From Octopus vulgaris (Eukaryota): a stretch of 64,000 nucleotides of DNA. The position numbers were made by a program, and so were the translations under genes. The stretch is taken from NCBI GenBank assembly GCA_951406725.2, contig OX597827.1, forward strand, positions 37,386,001 through 37,450,000, read 5' to 3'. The notes below the pieces were generated by a model. The model had not been told where the DNA came from. It did no database searches and was given only the letters and a program-made list of their open reading frames with translations. Below, piece after piece: positions 28,290 through 41,719 of this stretch. Within the stretch, counting starts at the first letter, position 1; every line of letters starts with the position of its first letter.

Positions 28290-28828
28290 ATAGTTCTATA
28301 TTTAAGAGATGAGGAACTATGTACATTATTTACATTTGACGGATATTTGTCTTCATCTTGTTTGTTGTTAACACATTTCAGCTGATATACGCTCTAGCCT
28401 TCATCAGGTGTCTTGAGGAAATTTTGAACCAGGGTTTTCATTCCTGAGGTATTTTTTGATGGTATTATTATTATTATTATTATTTAGGTCATTGCTTGGA
28501 TTCGAACTCGAAATCTTGGGGTTAGTAGCTCGCGCTCTTAACCACTACCCCATATACCTACAGTCATATGATGTAGTGGTTACGGGCATGGGCTACTAAT
28601 CCCAAGATTCCGAGTTCGATTCCAAGCAGTGAACTGAATAATAATAATAATAATGATGATGATAATAATAATGATGATGATGATAGTAATAATAATAATA
28701 ATAACAATAACATTGAAAAATACCTTAGGAATGAGAACCCAGGTTCAAAATTTCTCCAAGACACCTGATGAAACGTGTTAACAACAAACAAGATGAGGAC
28801 AAATATCCATCAAATGTAAATAATGTAT
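28290..28828. mobile_element. Head-to-head inverted pair of tRNA-headed repeats with PLE-like hammerhead-bearing tails
   Basis: About 28319-28550 is the imperfect reverse complement of 28570-28828; tRNA-like GTAGTGGTTA..GAGTTCGATTCC; minus strand GACAC-CTGATGA-AGGCT..AGCT-GAAA at 28370-28412. Confidence 0.7.
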
Positions 28829-28911
28829 ATAAATTATTTGTTCATATATTCATGTCCAATACAGAGAAAATGGGTTCATTTGTCTCCATGTTCTCTAAAC
28901 ACTCCATTTAA

Positions 28912-31110
28912 TTAGTTATTGTTATTCATATATGCATCATACTTCTTCTTCTGGGCATCATAGAGCTTTTGAAGTTTTTTCATGGCTGATTTGGTAAGTT
29001 CTTTACCCTCAACATCATGGGTTGGTAAGCCATTCTCATTAAATTTGGAATACTTGTCTGTCTCATTGACAAATAACTGTGAGGGAGGGATTCTCTTCTG
29101 AGCATCTCGAACAGCTTCAGCAGCTTCTTTATCCTTCTTTGCCTTTTCTTTCTGCAGTCTTTTCTTCTCTTCAGCTGCCAGTTTCTCTTGCATCTCCTTC
29201 AGAAGTATTTCTTTGTCAACCAGTTTAATAACAGGAACTTGCCCTTCATGGTCTTCCAGACGGACTCCCAAGTTGGGCAAAACTGTATCCCGAAGTTCAT
29301 CACATTTGGTCAAGATTTCTTGAGGATCTTTCTTTTCTCTGGCTAATTGTCTTATATCTTCCCGGAAATCTGACAATGCAGATAAATAAGGCATCACAGT
29401 GTTTTCAGATGAAGTTGCCCCTGTACCAGTCTGTAGGAAACCAATAGCTGTTTCTTCTTTAATAGCACCAAACACTTTCAATATGTCTGTAATGTATTCA
29501 GCGATGTTTATTAAAAGTATTCGATTACAGATCATAGTTGCCCTAGTCTTGGAAATGTACTGGTTTGTTACAGTGACCAAGTCTCTGATAACATCTAAGG
29601 CTGTGTGTGTATCAATGGAATCACATAATGCCACATGGACCTGATTTCGGCTGTCCAGATATTTTTCATTGAGAGATACCTCTAGTTCAGTCCATTTAGT
29701 AAAAGAAGAACAACCATGACTTGGTAGTTTGCGCAAGATATCTTTGACAGTCAAGAAGAACTCATTAAGGTGTTTTTCGTAGGTGATGGCTGCTTCCATT
29801 GTGTTGTCACTATAGTCAAGGGTATCTTTCCAGGAATGCAGCAAGAAAGCAAAACGAAGTTGGCACGCTGTGTGTTTTTTTAGTGCTTCCTTGATTGTGA
29901 TAAAATTCTTGAGGGATTTGGACATTTTACAGCCTTGGATTGTTAGATGACCAGAATGGAGAAAGTAGTGCACCCAGTGGTCATTATTAAAACAAGCTTC
30001 TGCTTGAGCTAACTCATTGTCATGATGAGGAAACTTTAAATCCACGCCACCAGTATGAATGTCTAGTGACTCTCCAAGAATTTCACTGGCCATAACTGAA
30101 CATTCAATATGCCATCCAGGCCTACCTTTGCCCCACGGAGAATCCCATACGGGTTCGCCAGGTTTTGAAGCTTTCCATAACGCAAAATCATTGGGGCTTT
30201 TCTTCTCAGACAACCTCTCTTCTGAAACACTTAAGTCTCCTTCACCTTCTTGCAGTGCGTCTCTGTCACCAAAAGCTTCTGGAACTAATTTAGCATAAAA
30301 GTGATCAGGAGCTTTACTAAATCTCATGGTATCAAAATAGACGGAACCACCGGACTCGTATGCGTAATTACGATCAATGACTTTTTTAATAAACTCAACT
30401 ATTTCTGGGACGTAGTCACTAACCCGTGTCAAGCAGTCAGCTGGTAGAACATTTAGAGCTTCCATGTCATTGTGAAATTCTTCTTCCCAGTGATTTGGTA
30501 ACTCTGAAAAGATAGAGTTTTCCCTTACTTCAGATCCTTTACGTTTGTCTAAAGCATCCGCCAGGACATCTCTTGCCGCACTGATAAGACGGTCACTCTT
30601 CCCTTGATCGGTGGCAGATTCGTTTGACTGGAGAGAGGTGGTCACTTCTTTAATAATCTTCAACATCATCGTCTTCTTATCTGAGTCCTTCTCTCCTTCA
30701 GCCTTAATCGTATAAGTATCTAATGCTGCTTTAATATCCGAAACCACCACCGAAGCATTACCGCTATTCTCGGTTCTGTATTGCTGCAGAAGATAATTCT
30801 GTCTAGCTCGTTTGATGATTTTATCATCAACATCGGTTACATTCATACAGTAAAACACATCGTATTTGAAATAATTGGTCATGACACGTCTCAAAATATC
30901 AAACGAGATATAAGACCTGGCATGTCCCATATGGGAAGCATCGTAAACAGTCGGACCGCAACTATACCACAAAACACGCTTACCGTTCTGAGGTACAAAT
31001 TTCTCCTTTTGACGAGTTAAACTGTTGAACAGATACAATTCGGCTACTTCTTTGTTTTCTGGGGGACTCCATGCCGGTTGAGAGCGCTTGGTATGGACCG
31101 TAGACGTCAT
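28912..31110 (-). CDS. CARS1: Cysteine--tRNA ligase, cytoplasmic; single coding exon, 732 aa from the first in-frame ATG
   Basis: Class I aaRS motifs CGPTVY, HMGH (HIGH), [25 protein letters not shown] and a eukaryotic C-terminal extension. The ORF-track start at 31149 is TTG; the first ATG is at 31110. Confidence 0.95.
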   Translation of the reverse strand: MTSTVHTKRSQPAWSPPENKEVAELYLFNSLTRQKEKFVPQNGKRVLWYSCGPTVYDASHMGHARSYISFDILRRVMTNYFKYDVFYCMNVTDVDDKIIKRARQNYLLQQYRTENSGNASVVVSDIKAALDTYTIKAEGEKDSDKKTMMLKIIKEVTTSLQSNESATDQGKSDRLISAARDVLADALDKRKGSEVRENSIFSELPNHWEEEFHNDMEALNVLPADCLTRVSDYVPEIVEFIKKVIDRNYAYESGGSVYFDTMRFSKAPDHFYAKLVPEAFGDRDALQEGEGDLSVSEERLSEKKSPNDFALWKASKPGEPVWDSPWGKGRPGWHIECSVMASEILGESLDIHTGGVDLKFPHHDNELAQAEACFNNDHWVHYFLHSGHLTIQGCKMSKSLKNFITIKEALKKHTACQLRFAFLLHSWKDTLDYSDNTMEAAITYEKHLNEFFLTVKDILRKLPSHGCSSFTKWTELEVSLNEKYLDSRNQVHVALCDSIDTHTALDVIRDLVTVTNQYISKTRATMICNRILLINIAEYITDILKVFGAIKEETAIGFLQTGTGATSSENTVMPYLSALSDFREDIRQLAREKKDPQEILTKCDELRDTVLPNLGVRLEDHEGQVPVIKLVDKEILLKEMQEKLAAEEKKRLQKEKAKKDKEAAEAVRDAQKRIPPSQLFVNETDKYSKFNENGLPTHDVEGKELTKSAMKKLQKLYDAQKKKYDAYMNNNN

Positions 31111-32396
31111 ACTGTGTGAAAATGAGCTGTTTGAATGAATCTGATGCAATCGAGGACAAGCCGGTTGTCACTGTTGCAAGTAAATTTAGAATTTGTAATG
31201 ATTTCGTTTCGGTCAGTTTCGTTTCACCCATAGTTTATACTATATTTTTATTATCGATATTTTATATGGTCAAAGATTAATTATCATTGTTTGTAAGTTA
31301 AGAATTATTATGAAGGTTAAAGTAAATAATATGCCATGTTATAATAAAATCATTTGCAGTTTAAGAATATATTGTTTTGTCTTAATTATGGGGTAGAATT
31401 TATTTTACTGTAATCTAGAGTTACTTCCCTTGAAAGTAATGTTAGCTTAAACGCCGACTTGTATTTTTGTCTGTTAGTAGCATATAAATATCGGACACAC
31501 GCACAAATACAATTCATACTTATATACCTATATGCATGCATGCATGCATACATACAGATAGACATATGTTAACAAAGCCGGAGATCAATGAAAAAGAAAA
31601 TGTCTACGCTGAACTCTTGAGAGATCTATAATTACTCTACCCAGATTACGAGTTCAGGTTTATATTGTAATTATTGAGGTGCTGGGATGTGTAACACACT
31701 CCCTAAGGACAAATCTTGAGAAATGGGCTTCTCAAAACTAGAAAAGAGAAAGCAGATTTGAAGACAAGGAATCACTAGAACTGTAGGGGTTTGTAAAACT
31801 TCCCGGAAGTCTATTATTTAAATAGATATGCGCTTGTCTGCACCAGGCTCCAGTCTGATCTAGCAGTGATTCTACAGCTGGATGCCCTTCCTAACGGCAA
31901 CCACTCCGTGAGTTTAGTGGGTGCTTTTTACGTGCTACCGGCACGGGTATCACAACTACAATTTCCATTTGATTTTTATTTTGATGTTGATGTACTTGAC
32001 TAAATAGGTCTCCTTAAACACAGCAGGTCGCCCTACGATCCAAGGTAAGCACAGTAGGCCGTCCTGCGAGCCGTGAACTCACTTCATTTGTCGGGTCTTC
32101 GCAGTCACAGCATATCTCCAGAGGTCTCGGTCTTTCGTCATTGCCTCTGTGAGGCCCAACGTTCAAAGGACCACCTCATTCCATGTTAAATAAAATCCAC
32201 TTAATGAAAATGATAACATTGATATTAACGCTATCCATTCTTTGAACTATAATAACAACAATATTAATATTTTTGATATAGATTCGAATCGTATTCGTTC
32301 CCTTAGCAGTAATTCTATGACTAGAAACTCTGTTTATCAATGTAAACTTACTTCCGGTTCTGATGTCTTCTTTACATAGGTAGTTCATCATCTCAA

Positions 32397-32670
32397 TTGT
32401 CAAAAAGAATATCTAACCATTACTCCACATTTAGACATACCAATAAATGCAACAATACTGGGCTTAGTAAATTACTTTGGTCTCAAAAGGAACATAATAA
32501 GCAGTTTGATTTGCAATGGAATATTCAATCTAGATCCTTCCCATATGATAAACATCTATCTTTTTGTCCACTCTATAATGAAGAACAATTTCTCATCCTG
32601 TTCTCGGAGAATTTTCTCGCAAACACGTTTAAAGAATGCGTTTATTGTTGCAAACATTGGCAAAAACATA
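32397..32670 (+). mobile_element. Penelope GIY-YIG C-terminal remnant
   Basis: KRISNH.STFR..TGLSKLLW..WNI..PY..CPL..E..CKH pattern. Confidence 0.6.
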
Positions 32671-32897
32671 CTCTTTTACCGTTTTACTTGTTTCAGTCAT
32701 TTGACTATGGCCATGCTGGAGTATCGCCTTTAGTCGAGCAAATCGACCCCAGGACTTATTCTTTGTAAGCCTAGTACTTATTCTATCGGTCTCTTTTGCC
32801 GAACCGCTAAGTTATGGGGACATAAACACACCAGCATCGGTTGTCAAGCGATGTTTGGGAGGGGGGACAAACACAGACACACAAACATATACATACA

Positions 32898-32928
<31 letters not shown>

Positions 32929-33589
32929 GACGGGCTTCTTTCAGTTTCCGTCTACCAAATTCACTCACAAGGTTTTGGTCGACTCGTGGCTATAGTAGAA
33001 GACACTTGCCCAAGGAGCCACGCAGTAGGACTGAACCCGGAACCATGTGGTTCGTAAGCAAGCTACTTACCACACAGCCACTCCTACACCTATAGTTCCT
33101 ATAAGTAATTTTTACCAATCTATAAAATTCGGCCTTTAACTGTCTTCTTAAATTTCATTTCCACATGTATATATATATGTGTGTGTGTGTGTGTATACAG
33201 ATATATATGTATATACGTGATGATTGCCACTTCTTTATAGAAGAAGGCCATATTTTCAATCAATAAATGACATCTTATACGACTAGCAAGTCCTGCTCTT
33301 GACAAACTCTACTGCAGATCTTACAAATATCTTTAGGCAGCAAAGTATCTGGGATTATAGTTAAATTCTGTCTACAAAGTGCTCGTTTCAAGATAGATTG
33401 TTCAATTCTTCGAGCTTAAAATGCTTTAAATCTATTGTAGATCATTTATTTCCAAACCGATCGATCTTGCATCATCTGCTCCCAGTCTTCAACTTTTACA
33501 TTATGAGCCTTAAGGTTGCTTTTGACAGCATCCCTAAAACGTTTCTTAAGTTTATGTCTCGGACTTTTGCCACGCTGCAACTCCCCATA

Positions 33590-34010
33590 AAAATCCAAGA
33601 GTGGCAATTACAAAGGTATAAGCCTGCTTGAAATAGTCGGTAAGGTTTTTGCAAAACTTTTATTTAATCGGCTAACAATATGGATATGCCCCTCTCTCAT
33701 CCCGGAGAGTCAGTGTGGTTTTAGACCAAGTCGTGGTACAATGGACATGATTTTTTCTGCTCGTCAACTCCAAGAAAAATGCATCGAACATCGCATAGCT
33801 TTTGCCAGGTATCTGTCGATTTAACAAAAGCCTTTGACACTGTTAATAGGACCGTTCTCTGGACCATTCTTGGTAAACTTGGATGTCCACCTCAATTTGT
33901 TAACTTGTTTAAGCAACTTCATAGTGAAATAAAAGCTCGTCTTAACTTCAATGGGTCACTATCGAAACCAATTTCCATCGATAACGAAGTTAAACTAGGT
34001 GACATTGCTA
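33590..34010 (+). mobile_element. RTE-clade reverse transcriptase fragment
   Basis: PESQCGFRPSRGTMDMIFSARQLQEKC and VDLTKAFDTVNR motifs. Confidence 0.85.
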
Positions 34011-34068
34011 CTCCAACAAGGACGGAAAAACAGACAATGTTACACGAATATAAATACAAAAATACAAT

Positions 34069-34112
<44 letters not shown>

Positions 34113-34759
34113 CATATATGTGTGTGTGTGTATACATGTATATGTGTGTGTGTGTATGTGCTTGTGTCTGTATTTGTACCCCCACCATCGCTTGACAATC
34201 GATGTTGCTGTGTTTACGTCCCTGTAACTTAGCGGTTCGTCATAAAAGACACCAATAAAATAAGTTTTAGGCTTACAAAGAATGAATCTTGGGGTCGATT
34301 TGTTCAACTAAAGGTGATGCTCCTGCATGGCCGCAGTCACATGGCTGTAACAAGTAAAACAATAAAAAACTATGCCATTTTAATCCTGAGCAACAGCGGG
34401 TATATCTGCTAGTCTAATCTATAAAATGAAGAAGGCGAACGTTGATACAAATTTTTATGTAAAAAGGGGTCTAAATGGAAGGCGATTAAAATTTACAGGA
34501 GGGGGTAACTTGAGATGAGAAATTGATTGGGAGACGTTTTGGGGCGCTATAGTGGTTGCTTTGCTGTGAAAACGGGGGTTTTATTGATTTTCGGGGCACT
34601 TGGGGGCCTAGATTGGACACCTTTTGCCCGATTTCAATCAAATTTTCAATATAGTAATCTAACCTATAAAATGACGAAGGCGAACGGTGATACAAATTGG
34701 ATTTTTAAGGAAGCTCGAAGTAAATGGAAAAAACTATGAAATTTTGCCAACTTTACGTA

Positions 34760-35420
34760 GCAAAACTCGCGTTTGCCAAACTTATTTGTCTATCATACTG
34801 ATTTCAGTAATAAAATCCATTGCAATCTTTCTGTGTCAAATTTTAGAATTAGTTTTTTTTTTTTTTTTTTTTTTTTCAAGATGTCTCTTATGATAAGGTG
34901 TCATTTAACTGGTAGAAGTACCGAATCAACATATGATTGGTTCAACATGTGCTGTAAAATCTGTTCACGAATTGTTTCTGTTAACAATTGTGGAGAAATG
35001 GTAGGATCTGAAGAAAACGTCAATAGAGGCAGAATACAGCAAAGAGACCATGTCCCTGATTTAATTGATAGCGAAGCTGAAGTAGAAAATAACAGAAACC
35101 ATGGAAGACGCATTGATAGATCTTGTGTCTTCGAATTGAAGAAAGGTGCAAATTGCTGCTATTTTTATGTAGAAAAAAGAAATCGTGAAACACTTGAACC
35201 TATAATTCGAAGAAAATTCGGTTATTCATTTTCACGAATGGCCAATCTAAATCGTCTACATTTCCACTATTCTACTGTCAACCACCAAAGACATTATATT
35301 GATTCAAACACTGGACACCAATATTCAAGCAATTGAAAGAACCTGATTGGATTTGAAAATTCGTCTTTTGAAAACGATGAGAGGAGTGAACCAAAGAAGC
35401 TTCCAATTCACCTTAATAAA
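34760..35420 (+). mobile_element. Merlin/IS1595-like transposase remnant
   Basis: VEKRNRETLEPII and YSTVNHQRHYIDSNTG resemble the R..xTL..I and HxTVNH..FVDPxTG motifs of Merlin transposases. Confidence 0.65.
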
Positions 35421-35999
35421 TGCGTAGATCACACACCAAAGTAAATTTGTTCAGGTAGGTCACACGCCAAAGTAGCACTAGCTCAAAATAAGCTAAAAAT
35501 TAACCTAAAGTAATCGCTTTTTGAGTTGTGGATCACACCGAAATTTACCTTTAACAGATATTCTTATTTTGCAACACAGAAAAATAAATTTTAAATAAAA
35601 GAGAACTAAGAGTTATCTCCCTTTACAATTACTTCCCTTACCAATAAAATTGGTTTAGCTGGTACAGCTGCCGTTGTTGAGTTTTAACCTAAGTTCAACT
35701 ATAATGGAATATGCACTTATAATCTGAAGTATTCAACCTGTAACGATCCTGTTTTTTTTATTAATGACTTTATTATCTACTATGTTATTTTTTTCTAATT
35801 TAAGACGACATGGTTCTGTTTGTTTAAGGCAGTAGAGGTGATTTGAGGAAGATCAACTTGGAACATCAGTAGAATCTATCAAAGAAGAGATATAAAGAAG
35901 ATAGTCTTGAGATCAGTGCAGACAGCCTTTGAATGTCGTATAGATCTTTCTGACGTCAATGGCTAAACAACAGCAGCAAAAATGAATATATAAATTAAT

Positions 36000-36660
36000 G
36001 CTGAAAAGCAAAGAGAACAAAGTTGGCAGAGAGATCCTCGGGAAGTACTAGTTTGCTAGTTGTACCTCTCGTACAACCTCAAAATTGCTGGACTAACATA
36101 CCTTAAAGAAAACCTGGATATGAAATGCTCAATTTACCCCACCACCAAAATACTATGCATGAGTATTCTTCTGGAAGACTTAAAAGTGGATACGTGACTG
36201 CTACATCACACTTCGAAGGCTATGCTTTTGAAATCAGAGTGCAAGCGATTGCTACAAAATACCTGAAAAGCAAAAGAGACAGAGAAGCCTTTGGAGCTCC
36301 AAGATACAACCAACCATACCGATTATGTCAAATCTTTGTGGAAAACATACGAAATCTACAGCTGCCTAAAAATGTTACCATGGTATTACCTCCCGATATA
36401 ACGTGACATTGTTGCTAAGACAAAGTCATCCCCCAATTTCTATTTTTATCTTAGGACAAATATAGATAATCCTTTTATTGAATACAAACACCGCCAGGAA
36501 TATTGTTGGAACATTTCTGTCGAAGCTTCTACCAAATGCAAACACACCATGCTGGATACATGCATTTGGAACAGGCAAGAAAACGTATGTGCCGTTATAA
36601 AGATCTGCAAGATTACATTAGTCCTAAGGGTATCATGCGTGCATAGAATCACACGTACAT
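36000..36660 (+). mobile_element. Decayed C-terminus of a non-LTR element with a restriction-like endonuclease (R4/NeSL-like); similar remnant at about 31560-31810
   Basis: EGYAFEIRVQAIATKY..RLC..ENI followed by a degenerate RHDxVAK (R*DIVAK). Confidence 0.5.
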
Positions 36661-36665
36661 TTAGG

Positions 36666-37925
36666 TATTGGGTTGGCAACTAAGTACCCGCCGTTTTTTT
36701 TTAAATTTTGGAATTTATTGCGCTTTTAAATTTTGGAATCTATTTTTTTTTTTTCGAGAATTCTATTTTTGAATAATTTTGGAATCTATTTTGTTTCTTT
36801 TTTCTAATTAATTTTAGTTAATTTTTGTTTATTTTCTGATCATTAAAATGGAATGTCAAGTTAAGAAAAACGAGCATTTTCGACACCTTCTTTTTGATTT
36901 TAATCAAGGTTCTAAGGCCGCAAAAGCTGCTCGCGACATTTGTGCTGAGTATGGAGAGGGTGCCATAGCTGAAAGAACTGCTCGTGATTGGTATGCCAAG
37001 TTCAAAAATGGAAATTTTGACCTCAAAGACGCATCTCGTTCTGGCCGTCCGGTTGAGTTCGATGAAGAACGATTAAACCAACTTTTGCACGAAAATTCTC
37101 GTCAAACAACAAGGGAACTGGCAGAGAAAAGGCAATGCTCCCACATTGCTCTAGAGAAACATCTTCACTCGATGGGAAAGGTTTAGCAGTATGGAGCAAG
37201 GGTCTCGCATGCTTTAAGTAACAACAACAAAAATCAACGAGCCATAATCACTGCTGGTGTGCTTGCTCGACACCGTTGAACTCATGGACACAAGCAACGA
37301 TTTCTTTACCGAATCGTTACAGGCGACGAAAAATGGTGCCTGTACATCAATATGAAGCAGCGTAAGGAATGGCTTAGCCCCGGTAAACAAGCGACACCGC
37401 GCGTGAAACAAGATCTTCATCCGCGTAAAACGATGTTGTGTGTATGGTGGGACTGGGAAGGGATTATCCATTACGAATTGCTTGAAGGGAACCAAACGGT
37501 CAACGCGGAACTCTATGTTCAACAGATGGAACGACTCAACACGGCTATTCAAGAGAAAAGACCTAATCGGCAGCATGAAGTTCTTCTGCTGCACGACAAC
37601 GCCCGCCCTCATATCGCCAATATGACCAAGGAAGCCATTTAAACGCATGGCTGAGAAGTGCTTCCACACCCACCATACTCTCCTGATTTGGCACCAACGG
37701 ATTTCCACCTCTTTCGATCTTTTTCAAATGCTATGCGCGGAGTTACGTTCAATACTGATGTAGAATTGAGAGCTTGATTGGATCAATTTTTCGAGTCGAA
37801 ATCTGGTGATTTCTACGAACGAGGTATTGAAAATCTTGTTGAACGTTGGGAAGAGGTTGTAAACAACAAGGGTGAATACATTATTGATTAATTAGTTGTT
37901 ATTCTTTATTAAACCTTTTAAAAAA
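36666..37925 (+). mobile_element. Mariner (DD34D) transposon, nearly full length, pseudogenised transposase
   Basis: TA plus TTGGGTTGGCAAC TIR; HTH ORF at 36848; IVTGDEKW, LHDNARPH and HPPYSPDLAPTDFHLF with stops. Confidence 0.9.
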
Positions 37926-38300
37926 TTTGTATATGTGTAAATATACCTATTAACCTCTTATCCCTTTATAAATTCTGTTGTGTCTGGGGGGAGTAATTTT
38001 CTTTTTGTGTCTTATAATGTAACACACTCACCGGTAAAATTTCCACTTATTTCTTATTTTTATTTCCCTAAAATTTTCGTTGCGTCTTGCAAACCTTTTC
38101 AGTAGTCTTGACTCTGTCCTTTATAAATTGTTATTTTTCTTGTTCGTAAATAGATACTTTTTAGTTACTTAAGTCTATGCAAGATTGGTTATACTATAGC
38201 CATATAAACGTATCAATATTTGTGTATGTGTGCACATAGATAAATATGTCTGTGTATCTGTATACATCTTTATTTTTTCTGATTTTTGGCTAATAATTAA

Positions 38301-39845
38301 TATTGGGTTGTCCGGAAAGTTCGTGCCGATTTATAGTAGCTTACCTTTCGACTTATTTTAGAACATGTTTGAGTCCATAAAATAGTGTTACGAATCACCT
38401 GCCGTCGCTCAAACTCTTCGGAAAACCCGGGACCCTACCAAGTCGAGCGACGACGATCGACCGGCTCGATCGAACGGTGAATTCGCCACGGACTCGGAGA
38501 GAGAGAGGATTCGGTGGGAGGGGGGGAGGCGGCAGCGATCTCGGCAACCGGCGACCGGAGAGAACAACAACAAACAACAGCAGGAAGAGATACAGAGAGA
38601 CACGGCGGAAGGCAATTTGGCCTACGTTTAACAACAGTTTATAACAATTACGACATCAAATACAATGTGATACATATCAGGGATACATTAAAGAGAACAC
38701 ATGCAAGAAAGCAAGAAAACAACAAATCAAAGTATGCAGATACAATATACAGTTCAGATCAATTAATGTTCAGAGCAATTTAAAACAAATAACGTTCACA
38801 TTAACGATACAGTTCAAAGTTCTTTAAAGTCTTTCTCTTTCTTTGCTTTCCGCAATTCTGTAACATAGTACTTTTCAACAACTCTTTTCACAATGTCTTT
38901 ACACAGTTCTTTCTTTCTTTTCAACACATCAATTCTTTTACATTTCAACAATTCTTTTTCCTTCTTTAACACATATCAAAACATAAATAAACATATACCG
39001 TTACACAATAGCCAGTGCCCTCATACCGTAGTCCCTCTCTCTTAGTTCCTTAATCCTATCTGTCTGTCTTCCTCTACGCTGTCGTTGCCTCTCGCCGTAA
39101 TCCTATCTGCCTGTCTTCCTCTTTCACATTCACTGTCATTCTCTCGCTTGACGTCCCTCACATTGTCTGTCTGTCTTTCTCAACTGACCGCCTTCGCCAT
39201 CGCCACCTTCTTGGCTGACCGTCCGTATCACTTCCGTCTCTGGCCAGAACTGCCGGCCGACTGTGCAACAGACACATCTCCTGCTTTTTTAAAGGGGTGC
39301 TTCCTCGAACTTTCCTTGACCGGAACAGGGTCAAAGATCTCCCCTTAGTCATCACTCTCTCCAGAATCTGACGGAACAAAGGATTTACTCGCCTGCTTGA
39401 CGCCAGCTCACAAAAGTAGGTCGTAGCACTCAGTTTCCGAACTGACCTCCATATCACTAGGATTTGACTGCACCTCCACTTAGAGCACAGTTTAAGCTAT
39501 CTTTTCGTAGAAGAAGGTTTATGTTCCTATAACCTGTGTAAATTCTGTAACCCTTTAAAATGGAAGATAAAAAAGCTCATTTTCGGCACTTGGTGCTTTT
39601 CTTTTTCCGTAAAGGGAAAAATGCCTCACAAGCAACCAAAGAAATATGCGCAGTTTACAGTGATGTTTCTTTATCAGAAAGAACTGTACAGGAGTGGTTC
39701 GCATGGTTCCGAGCTGGAGATTGTAGCCTTATTGATGAAGAGCGATCAGGCAGACCATCCAATACAGATGATGACCAAATCAAGTCATTAATTGAGAATA
39801 ACCCACATTGCATAATCCGAGAATTGTCAAAAAGTCTCAACCTAT
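38301..39845 (+). mobile_element. Second mariner, 5' part (HTH ORF at 39560), with a nested insertion
   Basis: TATTGGGTTGTCCGG TIR; HFRHLVLFFFRKGKNASQA..WF..F..RSGRP. Confidence 0.8.
38386..39457. mobile_element. Solo-LTR-like insertion nested in the mariner 5' UTR
   Basis: Starts TGTTACG and ends ATATCAC; flanks ATAG/CTAG resemble a 4-bp TSD; lies between the mariner TIR and its HTH ORF. Confidence 0.5.
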
Positions 39846-40690
39846 TAACATCAAATGGGAGCCACTGTTGAACCCCCGGAAAGTATTGTTTCCTCCACTG
39901 CACATAAAACTGGGTCTTATGAAACAGTTTGTTTCGGCTCAAGATCAGGAGTCTAGATCAGATATCTTAAAGACTTTTCCCCTAAGCTGTCTGAGGCAAA
40001 AATGAAAGCCGGTGTCTTCAATGAACCACAAATAAAGAAGATCTTAGAGTGCAAGAGATTCCCCAAGAAGCTCACTGAGATGGAGGAATCAGCGTGAAAC
40101 AGCTTTGTTGCAGTGGTTCGAGGGTTCGTAGGAAATCACAAAGCCGTAAACTATGTAGAGCTTGTTGAGACGCTGGTGAAAAACTACGGCAAAATGGGCT
40201 ACAGAATGTCCCTCAAAGTTCACATCCTTGACGCTCATCTTGATAAATTTAAGGAGAACATGGGAGCATACATGGAGGAGCAAGGCGAGCGATTGCATCA
40301 AGATATAATGGACTTTGAACGCCGTTACCAAGGATCGTATAATGAAAACATGATGGGAGACTATATTTGTTGCTTATTCGTGAAAGTAATTTACAGAATA
40401 AGCGTGAATCGCGAAAAACTACTCGCTTCTAAATATTTTGTGGTATCTTTTCTGCAATCCTAGCATAAATAAATGCCACTTTTGAATTACATGTTGTTTT
40501 GATCCTACTTTGAATGATTGGGAATGTTCACATTTGCCGGTTTTCCCAATGGTATTAGTTAAACTCAAGGAATATCTTTATCCTGGTTACAAAAACAAAG
40601 TTTGAAGTAAGTAATAGTCATTATTCATACTTTCTAGACCTAACCAAATAGGATTTGTTTCCGGAAGACAAAATTTGTGCTAAATGGTGT
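39845..40690 (+). mobile_element. DDE transposase remnant, probably CMC/Chapaev-3-like
   Basis: PPLHIKLGLMKQFV, MSLKVHILDAHLD and EEQGERLHQDI motifs; superfamily assigned from recall only. Confidence 0.55.
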
Positions 40691-41468
40691 AATCTGAGCC
40701 CAAATGAGATAAGTTTCTGTAAGAAGAGATAGGTTTCTGTAAGAACTTCAAGTCGCATGGTGCCGAATCAAACTGTTTTAAATAATTTATATAACTCTTA
40801 CTAAATCTGTTGAGTACCTGTTTCTTTCGTGTGTCCACTAACTCGAACACACACACACACACATACATATGCACACACACACACACACACCTGTAATGAA
40901 TACATATTAAAGCAATAGATTGGCGGAACAGTAAGAACGCCAGGCAAATACTTGGCAGAACCTGATTGAGGATATCTGCAAACTACAAAATTAGTGAATG
41001 GCTGGAAGTTTAGCTGTGGCATGTGTCTTGCTGTACTAAATGTGTTTGTCTAGTTGTAATGGATGTTCATCAAGCTGCTATAATGGATGGGTCTTGTTGT
41101 ATAGGAGTTGAATCGAGGTGTAGTGTATAGGTGGTTGCAGTTATTAAACAGGAATTTGGATCCTCGCATATCCGGATTATATTATAATTAGATAGTTTTC
41201 TTTCTCAACAAAATTAGAACAAAGCGCTATGTGTGTTCGGTGGGAAAGAGTTTAATTATTTGTGTAAGTATGCATGTACGCTTAGGATGGTTTCAGTTAA
41301 TTTTATATTGCGGATGTGAAGGAGTGATTAGTGACCTAGATTAATTCATGATGATCCTTGTTTCTATATTATCTTTTTACATTATTGTATATATATGTGT
41401 GTATGTATTTTTTCTATATATTATTACTGTTTGATTGTATGTATGTATGTGTGTGAGAGAGAGAGAGA

Positions 41469-41507
<39 letters not shown>

Positions 41508-41719
41508 TGTGTGTGTGTGTGTGTGTGTGTGCATAGGATTGTGGTGAGTCTCATCGTCTCATCTAACATCAATCCAATGAAAACGCACAGAATGTCAACA
41601 ATTATGTTGAAATTGAAAACTACACTTTGGTTACATATATTCACATTCGGTGAAATCATTCCACCAAGTTTCTGAACAGTAATCTATTTTGTTCAGGCCG
41701 ACTGTTAGGTATATGAACC

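Noticed and set aside
29399-31231. Short alternative-frame and antisense ORFs over CARS, and the 31149 start
   Set aside because: Shadow ORFs without recognisable motifs; 31149 is a TTG, and the first ATG is at 31110.
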